Notes under the pieces: model-generated | What the model was told of the DNA's origin: nothing | What the model saw: only the letters and a program-made list of their open reading frames with translations | The model's database searches: none | Position numbers and translations under genes: made by a program | DNA from: a virus | Virus record (IMG/VR): IMGVR_UViG_3300022213_000237 | Location: 1 to 64,000 of that record | Strand: one strand, 5' to 3' | Length of the DNA stretch: 64,000 bases | Shown here: positions 47,774 to 57,045 of the stretch, in pieces | Layout: each line of letters opens with the position of its first letter | Position numbering within the stretch: the first letter of the stretch is position 1

Positions 47774-49306
47774 ATGGCGATGACAAATGATCAGAAGAAG
47801 GCGTTTAATGACGCGTTTAAGCGGTTGCTCCTAGATGCAGAGCTACCTAACCCCCCGGATTTAGACGTAGCTTCGATTCTCAATAGCGCCGTGTATGCTA
47901 CCACGGGCGACTTCGTTCTGTATGTTGACCCCCTTGGTAATGACGCGAACGCAGGCACCTTACCGGGTGTTGGCGCGTGTCTTACTGTTAGAGGCGCACT
48001 TGCCAAGGTCCCGAAGGTTATCCGCCACGCGGTCACAATCAATGTTGCTGCGGGTACTTACGAGGGCTTTAACGTCCAGGGATTCACCATTGAGTTGCCT
48101 GAGGATGGCTCTCGCGCCGTCTACTTAGATATCGTTGGTACGTTAAGTGCTGCAACGGTAGCAACTGGCACCAATTCAGGGACGTCCACTGCAGGTTCTG
48201 CAGGTAGCGGAAGCACGTACGGGACATTGACCGATTCTGGCCAAGCTTGGACCGTGAACGATCTCGTAGGAAAGTACGTTGAAGTAACGGTATCAGGCAT
48301 TACACGCGCATACGCGATTGACTCTAACACGGCAACTGCGATTACTATCGTAGGAACGTGGTCTTCTCCTGGTGCTGGCACAGCATACACGATCAAACAA
48401 CACGCATCCATAGTCAACACCATGGTCCCTGTTGTCGAGTTCCCCACAGCTAAATTCGAAGCCAGTCCCGGTGCCGGAAACTTTGTCGCTCACGGCATTG
48501 TCTCGGTGCAGAATAACATGACAGCGCCTAACACGAGTACATTAACCGCTGCATCTAGAATCACGCTGCGTAACCTGCACCTAGACGGTACTACACTACC
48601 TTCCCCCTCAGGGTTTACCGCACTTAGTACTTTGTATGTTGCGGATAATAACCTCGTCTCGTTGTACAATTGTACGATCAGTTCTACTACAGGTGCGACT
48701 CCGAACATCAACACTTCTGGCTCGTTGGCCGTGACCCGATGTTATCTAACGTGTCTGGCGTCTAAACGCGGGATCCATGCCACAGGAGTAGACGGCATAG
48801 CCCCTTCAATAACCGTGACCGGTTCTAGGTTTTCTGGCGGCGCAATTGGCTTTTTGATCTCGGCCCCAACGAAACTCTGCAACGTGACGTCCTCAAGTTT
48901 TACTGGCCAAACGACAGCCGGGATTCAGCAAGCCGCAATGTCACAGATGAGTGTCGTTTCTGGTCTGGTCATGACCGGCGGCGGTGGGTCGACCGTTGGG
49001 ATTTTGATCAACGGTACAGGCGGCGGTGTGTTCGGGAGTTCCATTAGTGCGGGGAGCGTTAGCGGTTTCGGTACGGGTATAAAGGTCGATAATCCTAACG
49101 TGGCGCACCTAGGCACGTGGACGGGTACCGGAAATACTACCGGTATTTCTTTGTCATTAGGCGCGGCGGTTCGCATAGGGTCAGGCACTACTTTGACCGG
49201 AACCACCGAAGTATCAATAGATGGGGTGACATCCGATTTGGCAACGATGCGTGCGGCCTCGCCGAAGTTGATTGTCAACACCTACACCACAAGATTTTAC
49301 GAATAA
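47774..49306 (+). CDS. Tailspike/fibre-like protein with beta-helix
   Basis: LYVDP.GNDAN.G...VTINVAAGTY typical of beta-helix spikes; late motif at 47762. Confidence 0.7.
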   Translation: MAMTNDQKKAFNDAFKRLLLDAELPNPPDLDVASILNSAVYATTGDFVLYVDPLGNDANAGTLPGVGACLTVRGALAKVPKVIRHAVTINVAAGTYEGFNVQGFTIELPEDGSRAVYLDIVGTLSAATVATGTNSGTSTAGSAGSGSTYGTLTDSGQAWTVNDLVGKYVEVTVSGITRAYAIDSNTATAITIVGTWSSPGAGTAYTIKQHASIVNTMVPVVEFPTAKFEASPGAGNFVAHGIVSVQNNMTAPNTSTLTAASRITLRNLHLDGTTLPSPSGFTALSTLYVADNNLVSLYNCTISSTTGATPNINTSGSLAVTRCYLTCLASKRGIHATGVDGIAPSITVTGSRFSGGAIGFLISAPTKLCNVTSSSFTGQTTAGIQQAAMSQMSVVSGLVMTGGGGSTVGILINGTGGGVFGSSISAGSVSGFGTGIKVDNPNVAHLGTWTGTGNTTGISLSLGAAVRIGSGTTLTGTTEVSIDGVTSDLATMRAASPKLIVNTYTTRFYE

Positions 49307-49381
49307 TTAGGTGCTGTTTTCCACGGACACCCAAAGAAGTAATCTTGGATACTGAATACCTTTCAAAAGGAGTTTACTTAA

Positions 49382-49816
49382 ATGGCAGCAGAAATGAATC
49401 CTGAACTTAAGCACGCCCTCAATGAGGCATGGCAACGGCTACAACGCGAAGTCGGAATCACCGTTGATTTTCCTTTTGATTTTGCAGACGCTCTGTGTCC
49501 TACGGTTCTCGTCTTGACCGCTGATGGAGCCCCTCTTGAAGGTACTGTCACCGACGCGGGTACGACTTTGGTCAAAATGGATACCACGGACGATGACGTG
49601 ACCGTGAACCTGCCTCCCGCCGCAGACATGAAAGGTCGAGCCATTACCATCATGAGAATTGCCGCCGGCAACGTTGCTACCATTGTGCCCGATGGCGCAG
49701 AAGAGATCAACGGCGAAGTCACCCACGCTCTTGTCGAAGACGCTGAAAGTGTGACCCTAATGTCCGATGGCAGCAATTGGTTCATTGTTGGCTCATTCGC
49801 TGGTAATGCTCCTTAA
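49382..49816 (+). CDS. Short fibre/tail protein
   Basis: VTVNLP.A...G..I.I...TI.P...E.ING...SVTL.SDG.NW module; shared N-terminal helix. Confidence 0.65.
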   Translation: MAAEMNPELKHALNEAWQRLQREVGITVDFPFDFADALCPTVLVLTADGAPLEGTVTDAGTTLVKMDTTDDDVTVNLPPAADMKGRAITIMRIAAGNVATIVPDGAEEINGEVTHALVEDAESVTLMSDGSNWFIVGSFAGNAP

Positions 49817-50463
49817 TGGCTACTGATTTACAAATGCCGTATGTGGCGCAAGCTCTTACCGCCGACGGAGGTTCGGATGGTCGACTTACCGTCGCCTCCA
49901 CCGCGAATCTACGTAAAGGCGCTAGAGTGTTGTTGCGTGATAATACTAACGATGCCGTGGAGTTAGAAATCACGAAAATCGTGGACGCCACACACGTGGA
50001 AGTAAAAGATCCTTCGAAGATCGGCTCTTTCCTGTACGATTGTTCAGCATACGTCATCACCGGCATGTCTCCGCCCGTAAACGACACCTTCACGACCGCA
50101 GGTACGGGTGGAACCCTGCCTGACGGCGATTATTACTACCGAGTTACGGCTGTTAATTACTTAGGTAATGAGACTCTGCCCTCGGTGGAGACCAACTTAG
50201 TTATTTCCGCAGGTACGGCAACGCAAATAGTTACGGTGAAATGGGCTGCTGTGGCCGGCGCCGTGAAGTACAAGATTTACGGCAGAACCACTGGCGCAGA
50301 GCTATACATGGCTACAGTTTCGGCTGGTACGCTTGAGTGGGTTGATGATGGTAGCGTCACACCCGCAGGCGCATTACCTGTGTCCAATGGGACCGTAAAC
50401 AGCGCCATCCTCACCCAGAACAAGCAAACGGACATGTACGCTCGTACGTGGACTTGGTTCTAA
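49816..50463 (+). CDS. Virion protein with FN3-like domain
   Basis: YYYRVTAVN..G.ET.PS...W.AV.GA..YKIY. Confidence 0.65.
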   Translation: MATDLQMPYVAQALTADGGSDGRLTVASTANLRKGARVLLRDNTNDAVELEITKIVDATHVEVKDPSKIGSFLYDCSAYVITGMSPPVNDTFTTAGTGGTLPDGDYYYRVTAVNYLGNETLPSVETNLVISAGTATQIVTVKWAAVAGAVKYKIYGRTTGAELYMATVSAGTLEWVDDGSVTPAGALPVSNGTVNSAILTQNKQTDMYARTWTWF

Positions 50464-50487
50464 GGCTTTAGTACGCTCTAAAACGCC

Positions 50488-50772
50488 ATGGATCTCGACG
50501 TCTTCATTAAAAGCTTGCAAAACACGACCGAGAACATCAGCGCTTTGCTGGAAAAATGGGACCAGCTAAATCCAGACCTCACCGCCCACTACGTGGACGA
50601 GCTTGTGATGCTTATTGCTCGGATTCCCACAGCACTCATGATAGCCACTTCAAAGAATGTCGCCCTCACCTACGAGGTTGTTCGTTTTGAGAAAGAACTT
50701 CAGCTCAACAAATTCGCGCTTCAAAAGCTTGGTGTGGACGTCGATGCGATTTTGAATTTCAGCACCGAGTAA
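50488..50772 (+). CDS. Hypothetical protein
   Basis: ORF only. Confidence 0.45.
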   Translation: MDLDVFIKSLQNTTENISALLEKWDQLNPDLTAHYVDELVMLIARIPTALMIATSKNVALTYEVVRFEKELQLNKFALQKLGVDVDAILNFSTE

Positions 50773-51070
50773 CGGTACAAGCTTCTCGTCTGTTGTCAAC
50801 TGATATCGCCGCCTCTATCAGCTTCCAGTTGGGTGAAGCTGTACCGTCCTTGAGCATTGGAATACCTTCGGGTGTGAGTATGAACACATAATAGAGACCG
50901 TATGGGTCCTTTACGTCGTAAGCCCAGGCGATATGGCGAGAGCATTCTCCTCCGGGAGGAAAGTAATAGACCACCTTCCAACCCCTCTTCTTGTCTGTCT
51001 TGGGGTCGGTGTAGCCCCAGATTTCGCCCGGCTTCATGTCGTAGCCTCAGAAGCCATAATCGGGGTCTTG

Positions 51071-52063
51071 TTAATCATCCTCTGGAATATCCTTCGTGAG
51101 TGCGGTGAAGATTTGTGTCTGTGCGGGCGCTGGGGTCTTAGACACTAGGCGCTTAAACCGCCTACCTGCTTCGGAGCTAATGGCTTTGATTGCTTCCTTT
51201 GAGGCAACGATTTCGTCCCGCCCTTCGACGAGCACGTCTTCGACCATTAGGGTAATAAACTCTTGGGTATCCTTAATACTTACATCACGGCCCAGTTTGG
51301 CTTTCAGCTTGTCGACCACGTGTTCCGCACGACCTTCCGTAACCCACTCCTCCGCGATGTCTTGAGCCTTAGTTAGGAGTTCTAACTTCTCTGGCGAGGC
51401 GTTTGTATCTCGTTTGGAGCGTCGTTCCGAGAACTCGGGGCGTTTGTGTTTGGCAATAAGCCGTTCACCATTATTTGTTCTCACCTCAATGGGCGGCCTG
51501 ATGACAATGCCCTCAGAGATTTTGGGTTCTAGAATACCGTTACGTGCTGCCTGTCTGCTCGGCAGGTCCCGCTCTCGATCGAGAGTGGGTATGTCCGCGT
51601 CCACTAGATTCCAGGCCACGAATTGTAGTCCTAACTTGGACACAAGGAATTCAGCTTGCTCCACGCCCAACCATTTCTTGGTGGTGTCTAAGTCGTCAGA
51701 CATCAAGACATCGAAGGCCACGAACTTCAACTTGTCGCCATAGGTGTCTTTCATGCCCTGCCACTTACCACCATAGGCCTCACCGAAGACCACCATTTTC
51801 TCCACGCCCAACTCAAGGAATCGGCGTTTCAGGTCTTCGACGTCGAAGACGGCCACGAAGTTATCGTGTTTCTCTCCACCGGAAAAGAAGGTGATTTCCG
51901 CTTCCACTTGTTGGGGGCCATCGTCGGTAAGTGGCGGCCCAACTACTTTACGCCTCAAACTAATATGGGCGGAAGTGCCGTGAATTTTTTCGAGGGCGTA
52001 AACTTGCTTGAATGCAAGGACTTTATTGTTCTTGTATAGGTTGTCAATTTTGAGGTAGCCCAT
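51071..52063 (-). CDS. RNA ligase, Rnl2 family
   Basis: EKIHGTS (motif I), FGEAYGG, AFDV, EGIVIRP, K.K..EFSE; C-terminal WVTEGR...V domain. Confidence 0.88.
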   Translation of the reverse strand: MGYLKIDNLYKNNKVLAFKQVYALEKIHGTSAHISLRRKVVGPPLTDDGPQQVEAEITFFSGGEKHDNFVAVFDVEDLKRRFLELGVEKMVVFGEAYGGKWQGMKDTYGDKLKFVAFDVLMSDDLDTTKKWLGVEQAEFLVSKLGLQFVAWNLVDADIPTLDRERDLPSRQAARNGILEPKISEGIVIRPPIEVRTNNGERLIAKHKRPEFSERRSKRDTNASPEKLELLTKAQDIAEEWVTEGRAEHVVDKLKAKLGRDVSIKDTQEFITLMVEDVLVEGRDEIVASKEAIKAISSEAGRRFKRLVSKTPAPAQTQIFTALTKDIPEDD

Positions 52064-52064
52064 A

Positions 52065-53906
52065 TTACATTACCTCTGCGCGTGTGGTCGCGGTCTGAAT
52101 CCATGAGGTTTTGACAATGTTTACTACGCCATCGTCGAAACGCACGGGCGTGTAGCTGTCGCAGTCGGGTCCAACTACTTGGAACGTAAGGCCGGAGCCC
52201 CGTACACGGCGACGCTCTCCGGGTGAGAAAGATGCAGGACCTCCAAAGAGTTTGGCCACCAACAACGAAATTAGCCCCACGATTGCCATGAATCCGCCCC
52301 AGACCGCACTTGCTACCAGGAACTTGGTATCGCCGTCTAAGGTATTGAAGTTCTCAAAAATTGTGTCCATGGACACTTCTTAGCGGGAGATCGTAGGCCC
52401 AATCCAGGTTAGGGTGTCGTTCTTTAGCTCCACTAGCTTGGTGTTTTGGAGCATGCCGATAATTCGGTTGTAGGATTGAATGTCGAGAGTATTCATCATT
52501 CTCGCGTACAGGTGTCCATTCGGAATCGAACCCAGGGATTGAATTGCTTCCCCTACTGCCGCCACTAATTGGAGTGCCGCGTTTTGTTGTTTAGTCATGA
52601 TTTCTTTCTATCAAAGAATTGGGGATCTTGTCAAGGGAAATAAAGAACGGGTTTATCTTCATTGGGATCTTTTATACGATTCAGCTCTTGAACCCATTCA
52701 TTTAGCGTCTTATCTGCTTGGATAACGTTGATGTCGATTAACTCCGGAGCATCTACATCCAGCGCTTTGCGTTGTTCGACCAATTGTTGGATGTCGTAGC
52801 TCAGACCCTCTCGGTCATCGGCATCGAGGTTTTTCCATTGGAGCATTCCCGCCGCGATTCGCGCCACTGCCATCGGGTAGTTCGTAACGAACGTTAAGGT
52901 ATTCAAGGGTAATAACCCTTTAAACCTGGCGGGCGCTCAAGGCCCTCAAAGCGGACGGCGCGAACAAGCTTTAAATCCTCAAGACCTGTCACAATAACGG
53001 TTTCTAATACTTGGCCGGTTTCATCGAGCGGGAAGAATTCATTGTGATTGGTCATGAGCAGGAATTTCATGTACTCGCTTTCGACCTCGTACACAGAGTA
53101 GACCCCGTCGTTGACGAGACACTTGACTTCGTACGGCAGCTTGTACAGACCCTCGTTCATGGTTCCTTGCCCAGTGCTTCTTCAGCGGCATCACTCAAGA
53201 TAGAATCAACACTCTCTATTGCGTCTTCAAGGGAGGTGAATCCGTCAATAACGTTCATTACCGTGATGGCGTACTGTCTCATCATTTCTTTCTGGGTTTT
53301 GGTAAGGTTTTCGGTCATGCGAAGAAGATGTTCGTTCAGTAGCGTACGCGCTGCGGCTAGGCGTTGTTCTATGTAGTAGTATTTTCGGGGCATTAGAGAC
53401 CTTTCAAGACCGGTACAGGATCTTCACCGCGCATGGCTATAGCCACAGACGCATAGGCCCGTACAATCTCTCGATTCTTAAGCTTACTCTTAACAGGTAG
53501 GGTCGCGGTCAGTACGGCAATAAGGAATTCAGCCGATGCACGCTCTAGGCGAAAATCATTAAGAAGAACATCAACCCCCTCAAATTCTCCGTTCCTTAAC
53601 AGAGGATCGATGAGATTGTAGACTTCTTGAATAGCTTCGTCAGTTTTACCGTCTCTATCCAACCCCAGGGCAGGAACCCACGACACACAATGTTCTAGCT
53701 TATCCACCGTTAATCTCCGTATTTAGAATTTCTTCCAAATCTCGTAAATCCTTGGTCACAGTTTCTAGTTCCAGCACTTCTCGAGCAACTTCGAGTGGCA
53801 TAGTTTGTTTTTCAATCCACGCAGCAAAATTGCTTCCAATTACTAAGTTCTGAACCATAAGGCGAGCCCTTTGGACCGTCTCATACCAACCATCTATTTT
53901 AGCCAC
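52065..53906 (-). other. Cluster of small hypothetical genes
   Basis: Overlapping ORFs in operon. Confidence 0.5.
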
Positions 53907-54525
53907 GGACGCACCCCATGTTCTTTAAAGTGAGAGGATCGTGCCAAGCGTAGATGAGCGGCTCCCAGGAATTAGCTTGGGCATCACGTACTTTCTGAAC
54001 TACCTCGGCGATGGTGTCCACGCGCGTTGAAGGCCATCCGTAGTCCATATAGGCCCACGTGCCGTCGCGGAACTTAATCAGATTGACGTTGTGGCCACCG
54101 TAGCCAGCGTGGTCGGTCGAGCCAGGTTCTCCTTTGTTCTTCCACATGACCGTGAGAAGATACGTGGTCTCGATTCCGAGAGCTGACCGGGTGTTGTTTT
54201 GCAACTCGTTACGCATCACCGCTGCAGAATAGCGTCCGAATTCGTCGCAATCACCAATGAACTTCTCCGGCTCATTATCGGCCCGCCACTGAATGTGACC
54301 GATTGAACTAGTGGCATCCCACAGTTCCCGCCATGAATCCGCACGCCATTTAAGTGTGCGAATATAGCTAACCAAATCGCTTAGCGATTCGAAGCGTTTA
54401 AGCGGGGTGTTACGGGTTTTGCGTTGCCAGATCAGGGCATAAAGGTTCGACCAAAACCGCATTACGCCCGCGCGGAAGTAAAACCACAACAATGCCGATA
54501 ACAGGAAGTCTTTTGCTTTGCTCAT
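53899..54525 (-). CDS. Transglutaminase-like (papain-fold) protein
   Basis: GDCDEF...GHNV...MDY Cys-His-Asp arrangement. Confidence 0.6.
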   Translation of the reverse strand: MSKAKDFLLSALLWFYFRAGVMRFWSNLYALIWQRKTRNTPLKRFESLSDLVSYIRTLKWRADSWRELWDATSSIGHIQWRADNEPEKFIGDCDEFGRYSAAVMRNELQNNTRSALGIETTYLLTVMWKNKGEPGSTDHAGYGGHNVNLIKFRDGTWAYMDYGWPSTRVDTIAEVVQKVRDAQANSWEPLIYAWHDPLTLKNMGCVRG

Positions 54526-54550
54526 GCTTCCTGTTATTGCGGGTAGATCT

Positions 54551-55177
54551 TTAAGAATCGAAGCCGAAAATCATACGCACGTTTTCGCCGCCGTATTTGG
54601 TAGCAAGCTCTTTAACTGCGGCAATAAAGTCATCAAGGCCATCGGGTGCGTCCCAAGAGGTACGCACGTGCGTGGCGTCGCTTCGTGTGGCGAATTCATC
54701 CTCTTCGACGACAACGACACCTGGCCCTGCGATGTCCCCGCTCCAACTCGTGGGCATGATTCCAGCACGCAATGCCCTGTAGGCGGGGACATCCAGCACT
54801 CCATACTGGGTTCGGCGCGGTCGCGGGTGCGCGAGGATTTCTGCGAAAGTAGCATACCCTTGGCTATGGTCACCTAGGTCGTGACCATCGATTTGATCAC
54901 CTTCGTCGTCCCACTCCGGCTCCACATATTCAAAGTCTTCAGGAAAGCCGCGATCCGAGGTAAGTGGCGCAACTGGATCGAAGGTTTTAATTCCCGCAAA
55001 ACCATAGCCGTTACGAACGTCGGCCAGCCACGCAAACCAGTAGTAATTGCGGTCACGACCATATTTGAACTCCCCGCCCACATCTTTGTTTGTCTTGAAA
55101 TCGTACTTAGCGGTTTCGACATCAATCCATTTGTTGTCTTGCTTGCGTTGTACTATGTAGTGAATGTCTGTTCCCAT
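54551..55177 (-). CDS. Conserved phage hypothetical protein
   Basis: MGTDIH...RNY..FA.LADVRN...RG.P...VR.IFGFDS. Confidence 0.65.
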   Translation of the reverse strand: MGTDIHYIVQRKQDNKWIDVETAKYDFKTNKDVGGEFKYGRDRNYYWFAWLADVRNGYGFAGIKTFDPVAPLTSDRGFPEDFEYVEPEWDDEGDQIDGHDLGDHSQGYATFAEILAHPRPRRTQYGVLDVPAYRALRAGIMPTSWSGDIAGPGVVVVEEDEFATRSDATHVRTSWDAPDGLDDFIAAVKELATKYGGENVRMIFGFDS

Positions 55178-55198
55178 GATTTATCCTTTATCTGTAGA

Positions 55199-55894
55199 TC
55201 AAGAACCCGAACCCAATCGTCCCGCACCAGCACCCAGTTTGCCTTCGGTGCCGAGACTAATGGATTGACCTGCGGCACGACCCGCAGCACGTGCACCCGC
55301 ATCAAACCCACTACGAGCGACTCGTTTTCTGGTACGGAGATTGGAGGCAAACCAGCGTTCGACCGCCTCGTCGTTAGAGGCAATGCGTGCCAACGCCGTG
55401 CTCTTGCCGTCGGCGGCAGCCTTCGCCTTAAACTCTTCGCTGTCTTTCTTCAAGCGTTCGGCAAGGGCATCGACCACACCTAGCCGGAAGTTATTGCACC
55501 ACGTACGACCGTAGCTATTGTTGGCTAATTTGAGTAGCCGGTCTGTCTCGTTGATGAGCCAGCGATACATGTATCGCACCGTGTCCGCATCTGATTTGCG
55601 ACCCACGATTGAAAGCCCTTCAGTACCAAAGACGTAGACCTTACATCCGTTGGCTCTAGCCAGTACGGTCGCGAGCCTCGACTTCCAGGTCGAAGTAGAG
55701 TTATCAAGCAGGTCGTTTCTGAAGTCTTGGATTTGCTCCTCTTGGGTGCCGACTTCCAGAGTAGCGGCATCAAGACGGTATTCGTCCATGATACGCTGGG
55801 CGAGGGACATGGCGGCCGCCGCCTCGTGAACGTTGTCGGACTTGGAGAGGCGTAGTAGCTTCTGGACTCGGTCAACGGCTTCGGCTAAGTTCAT
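55199..55894 (-). CDS. DUF2786-domain protein
   Basis: RVQKLLRLS.S.N.HEA.AA...AQ.IM; own sigma70 promoter (TTGACA at 55930). Confidence 0.8.
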   Translation of the reverse strand: MNLAEAVDRVQKLLRLSKSDNVHEAAAAMSLAQRIMDEYRLDAATLEVGTQEEQIQDFRNDLLDNSTSTWKSRLATVLARANGCKVYVFGTEGLSIVGRKSDADTVRYMYRWLINETDRLLKLANNSYGRTWCNNFRLGVVDALAERLKKDSEEFKAKAAADGKSTALARIASNDEAVERWFASNLRTRKRVARSGFDAGARAAGRAAGQSISLGTEGKLGAGAGRLGSGS

Positions 55895-57045
55895 GGCTCA
55901 CTTATACCATTAAAGAGAATCGCTTGTCAAGTTCTTAAGCGGCTCATTTCTTCACCACACACCAGTCGGCGTGAATCGACTTAGCTTTCTCGGCTCCGCA
56001 AACGCACTTAGGCTTGAATTCGTAGCGAAGCATACGCGCCTCTTTCCATGTTTGTGATTCGTTCCCCGGCTCCCACAACCACTCGGCGAAAGCTTGTAAC
56101 TCTTCGGGGGTTACTTCTGACATCATGGATGCGGCTCCGTTTTAAAGTTATCCCGATTTAGAGCGTCATGATCTCTAGATTTTGTCGTACCGGAACATAT
56201 CCTCTTCAGCACAGTCTTTCTCTGCCGCCGCAACATAAGCACGGAAGGCTTTGACCATGTGGGCGTATATTTGGTCATACTCTACGTCATCCACTTGATA
56301 CTCGTGAATAGAGTTAGTGAGTATATCCATTAGCTCGCGAACTACGGTGTTCTCCATGCCACTAAAATGGTCGCGTGGAGTCACGATAACTGTGTGGCCG
56401 GAATCGATTATTTCCTTCGCTACGGCAGCCGCTTCTTCGTAAGTTTTGTGCAAAGAGCCGTATTCTTGGCTTCCTACGCGCACTTCGTATATGGTTTTGA
56501 TTTTCTTGGTCATAATTCACCGTATTTTCTTCGCGTAGTCCCAATCAGGGCAGATCCTGTAGCGAGCGAAAGGGTCGTTTTGGAGCCGCAGCTGGCCCAC
56601 AGTCACGGTCCCATTAGCCAACGCTTTCGCGTCGGCGGCACGGGATGCGGCTTTCTCTTCAGAACGCTTAGTGGGTTTGAAGTGCTTTGGTTTCCGTTTC
56701 ATGGATAGTCTATATGGAGTGGATCAATTTTTACGAAATAGTTCGGAGTACAAATAAATTCTCAGCTCGTTTGTGTCCATATTAGCCAATTCGCTTGTTT
56801 CTTTAACGGTTAGCGATCTTTTGAACTTACGTTCTAATTCAGCCGTCAGCCAATTAAGAATCGCAGACCTGTGGCCACGGCGCTCGTATCGCTGGTTCTC
56901 TAAATCTTCGGTGTGGCGCCTTCTGAATTCTTCTAGCTCTAATACAATCCAAATCCCGTAAAAGCCTATCACACATACAAGCTGTTTTACCGGCTCAACA
57001 TCTGAATTAATGAGAGCGATAGTCGCAACGATGGCGATGAACGGC

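Noticed and set aside
32177-49306. Diversity-generating retroelement or invertible fibre switch
   Set aside because: No reverse transcriptase, adenine-variant repeat pair or invertase seen
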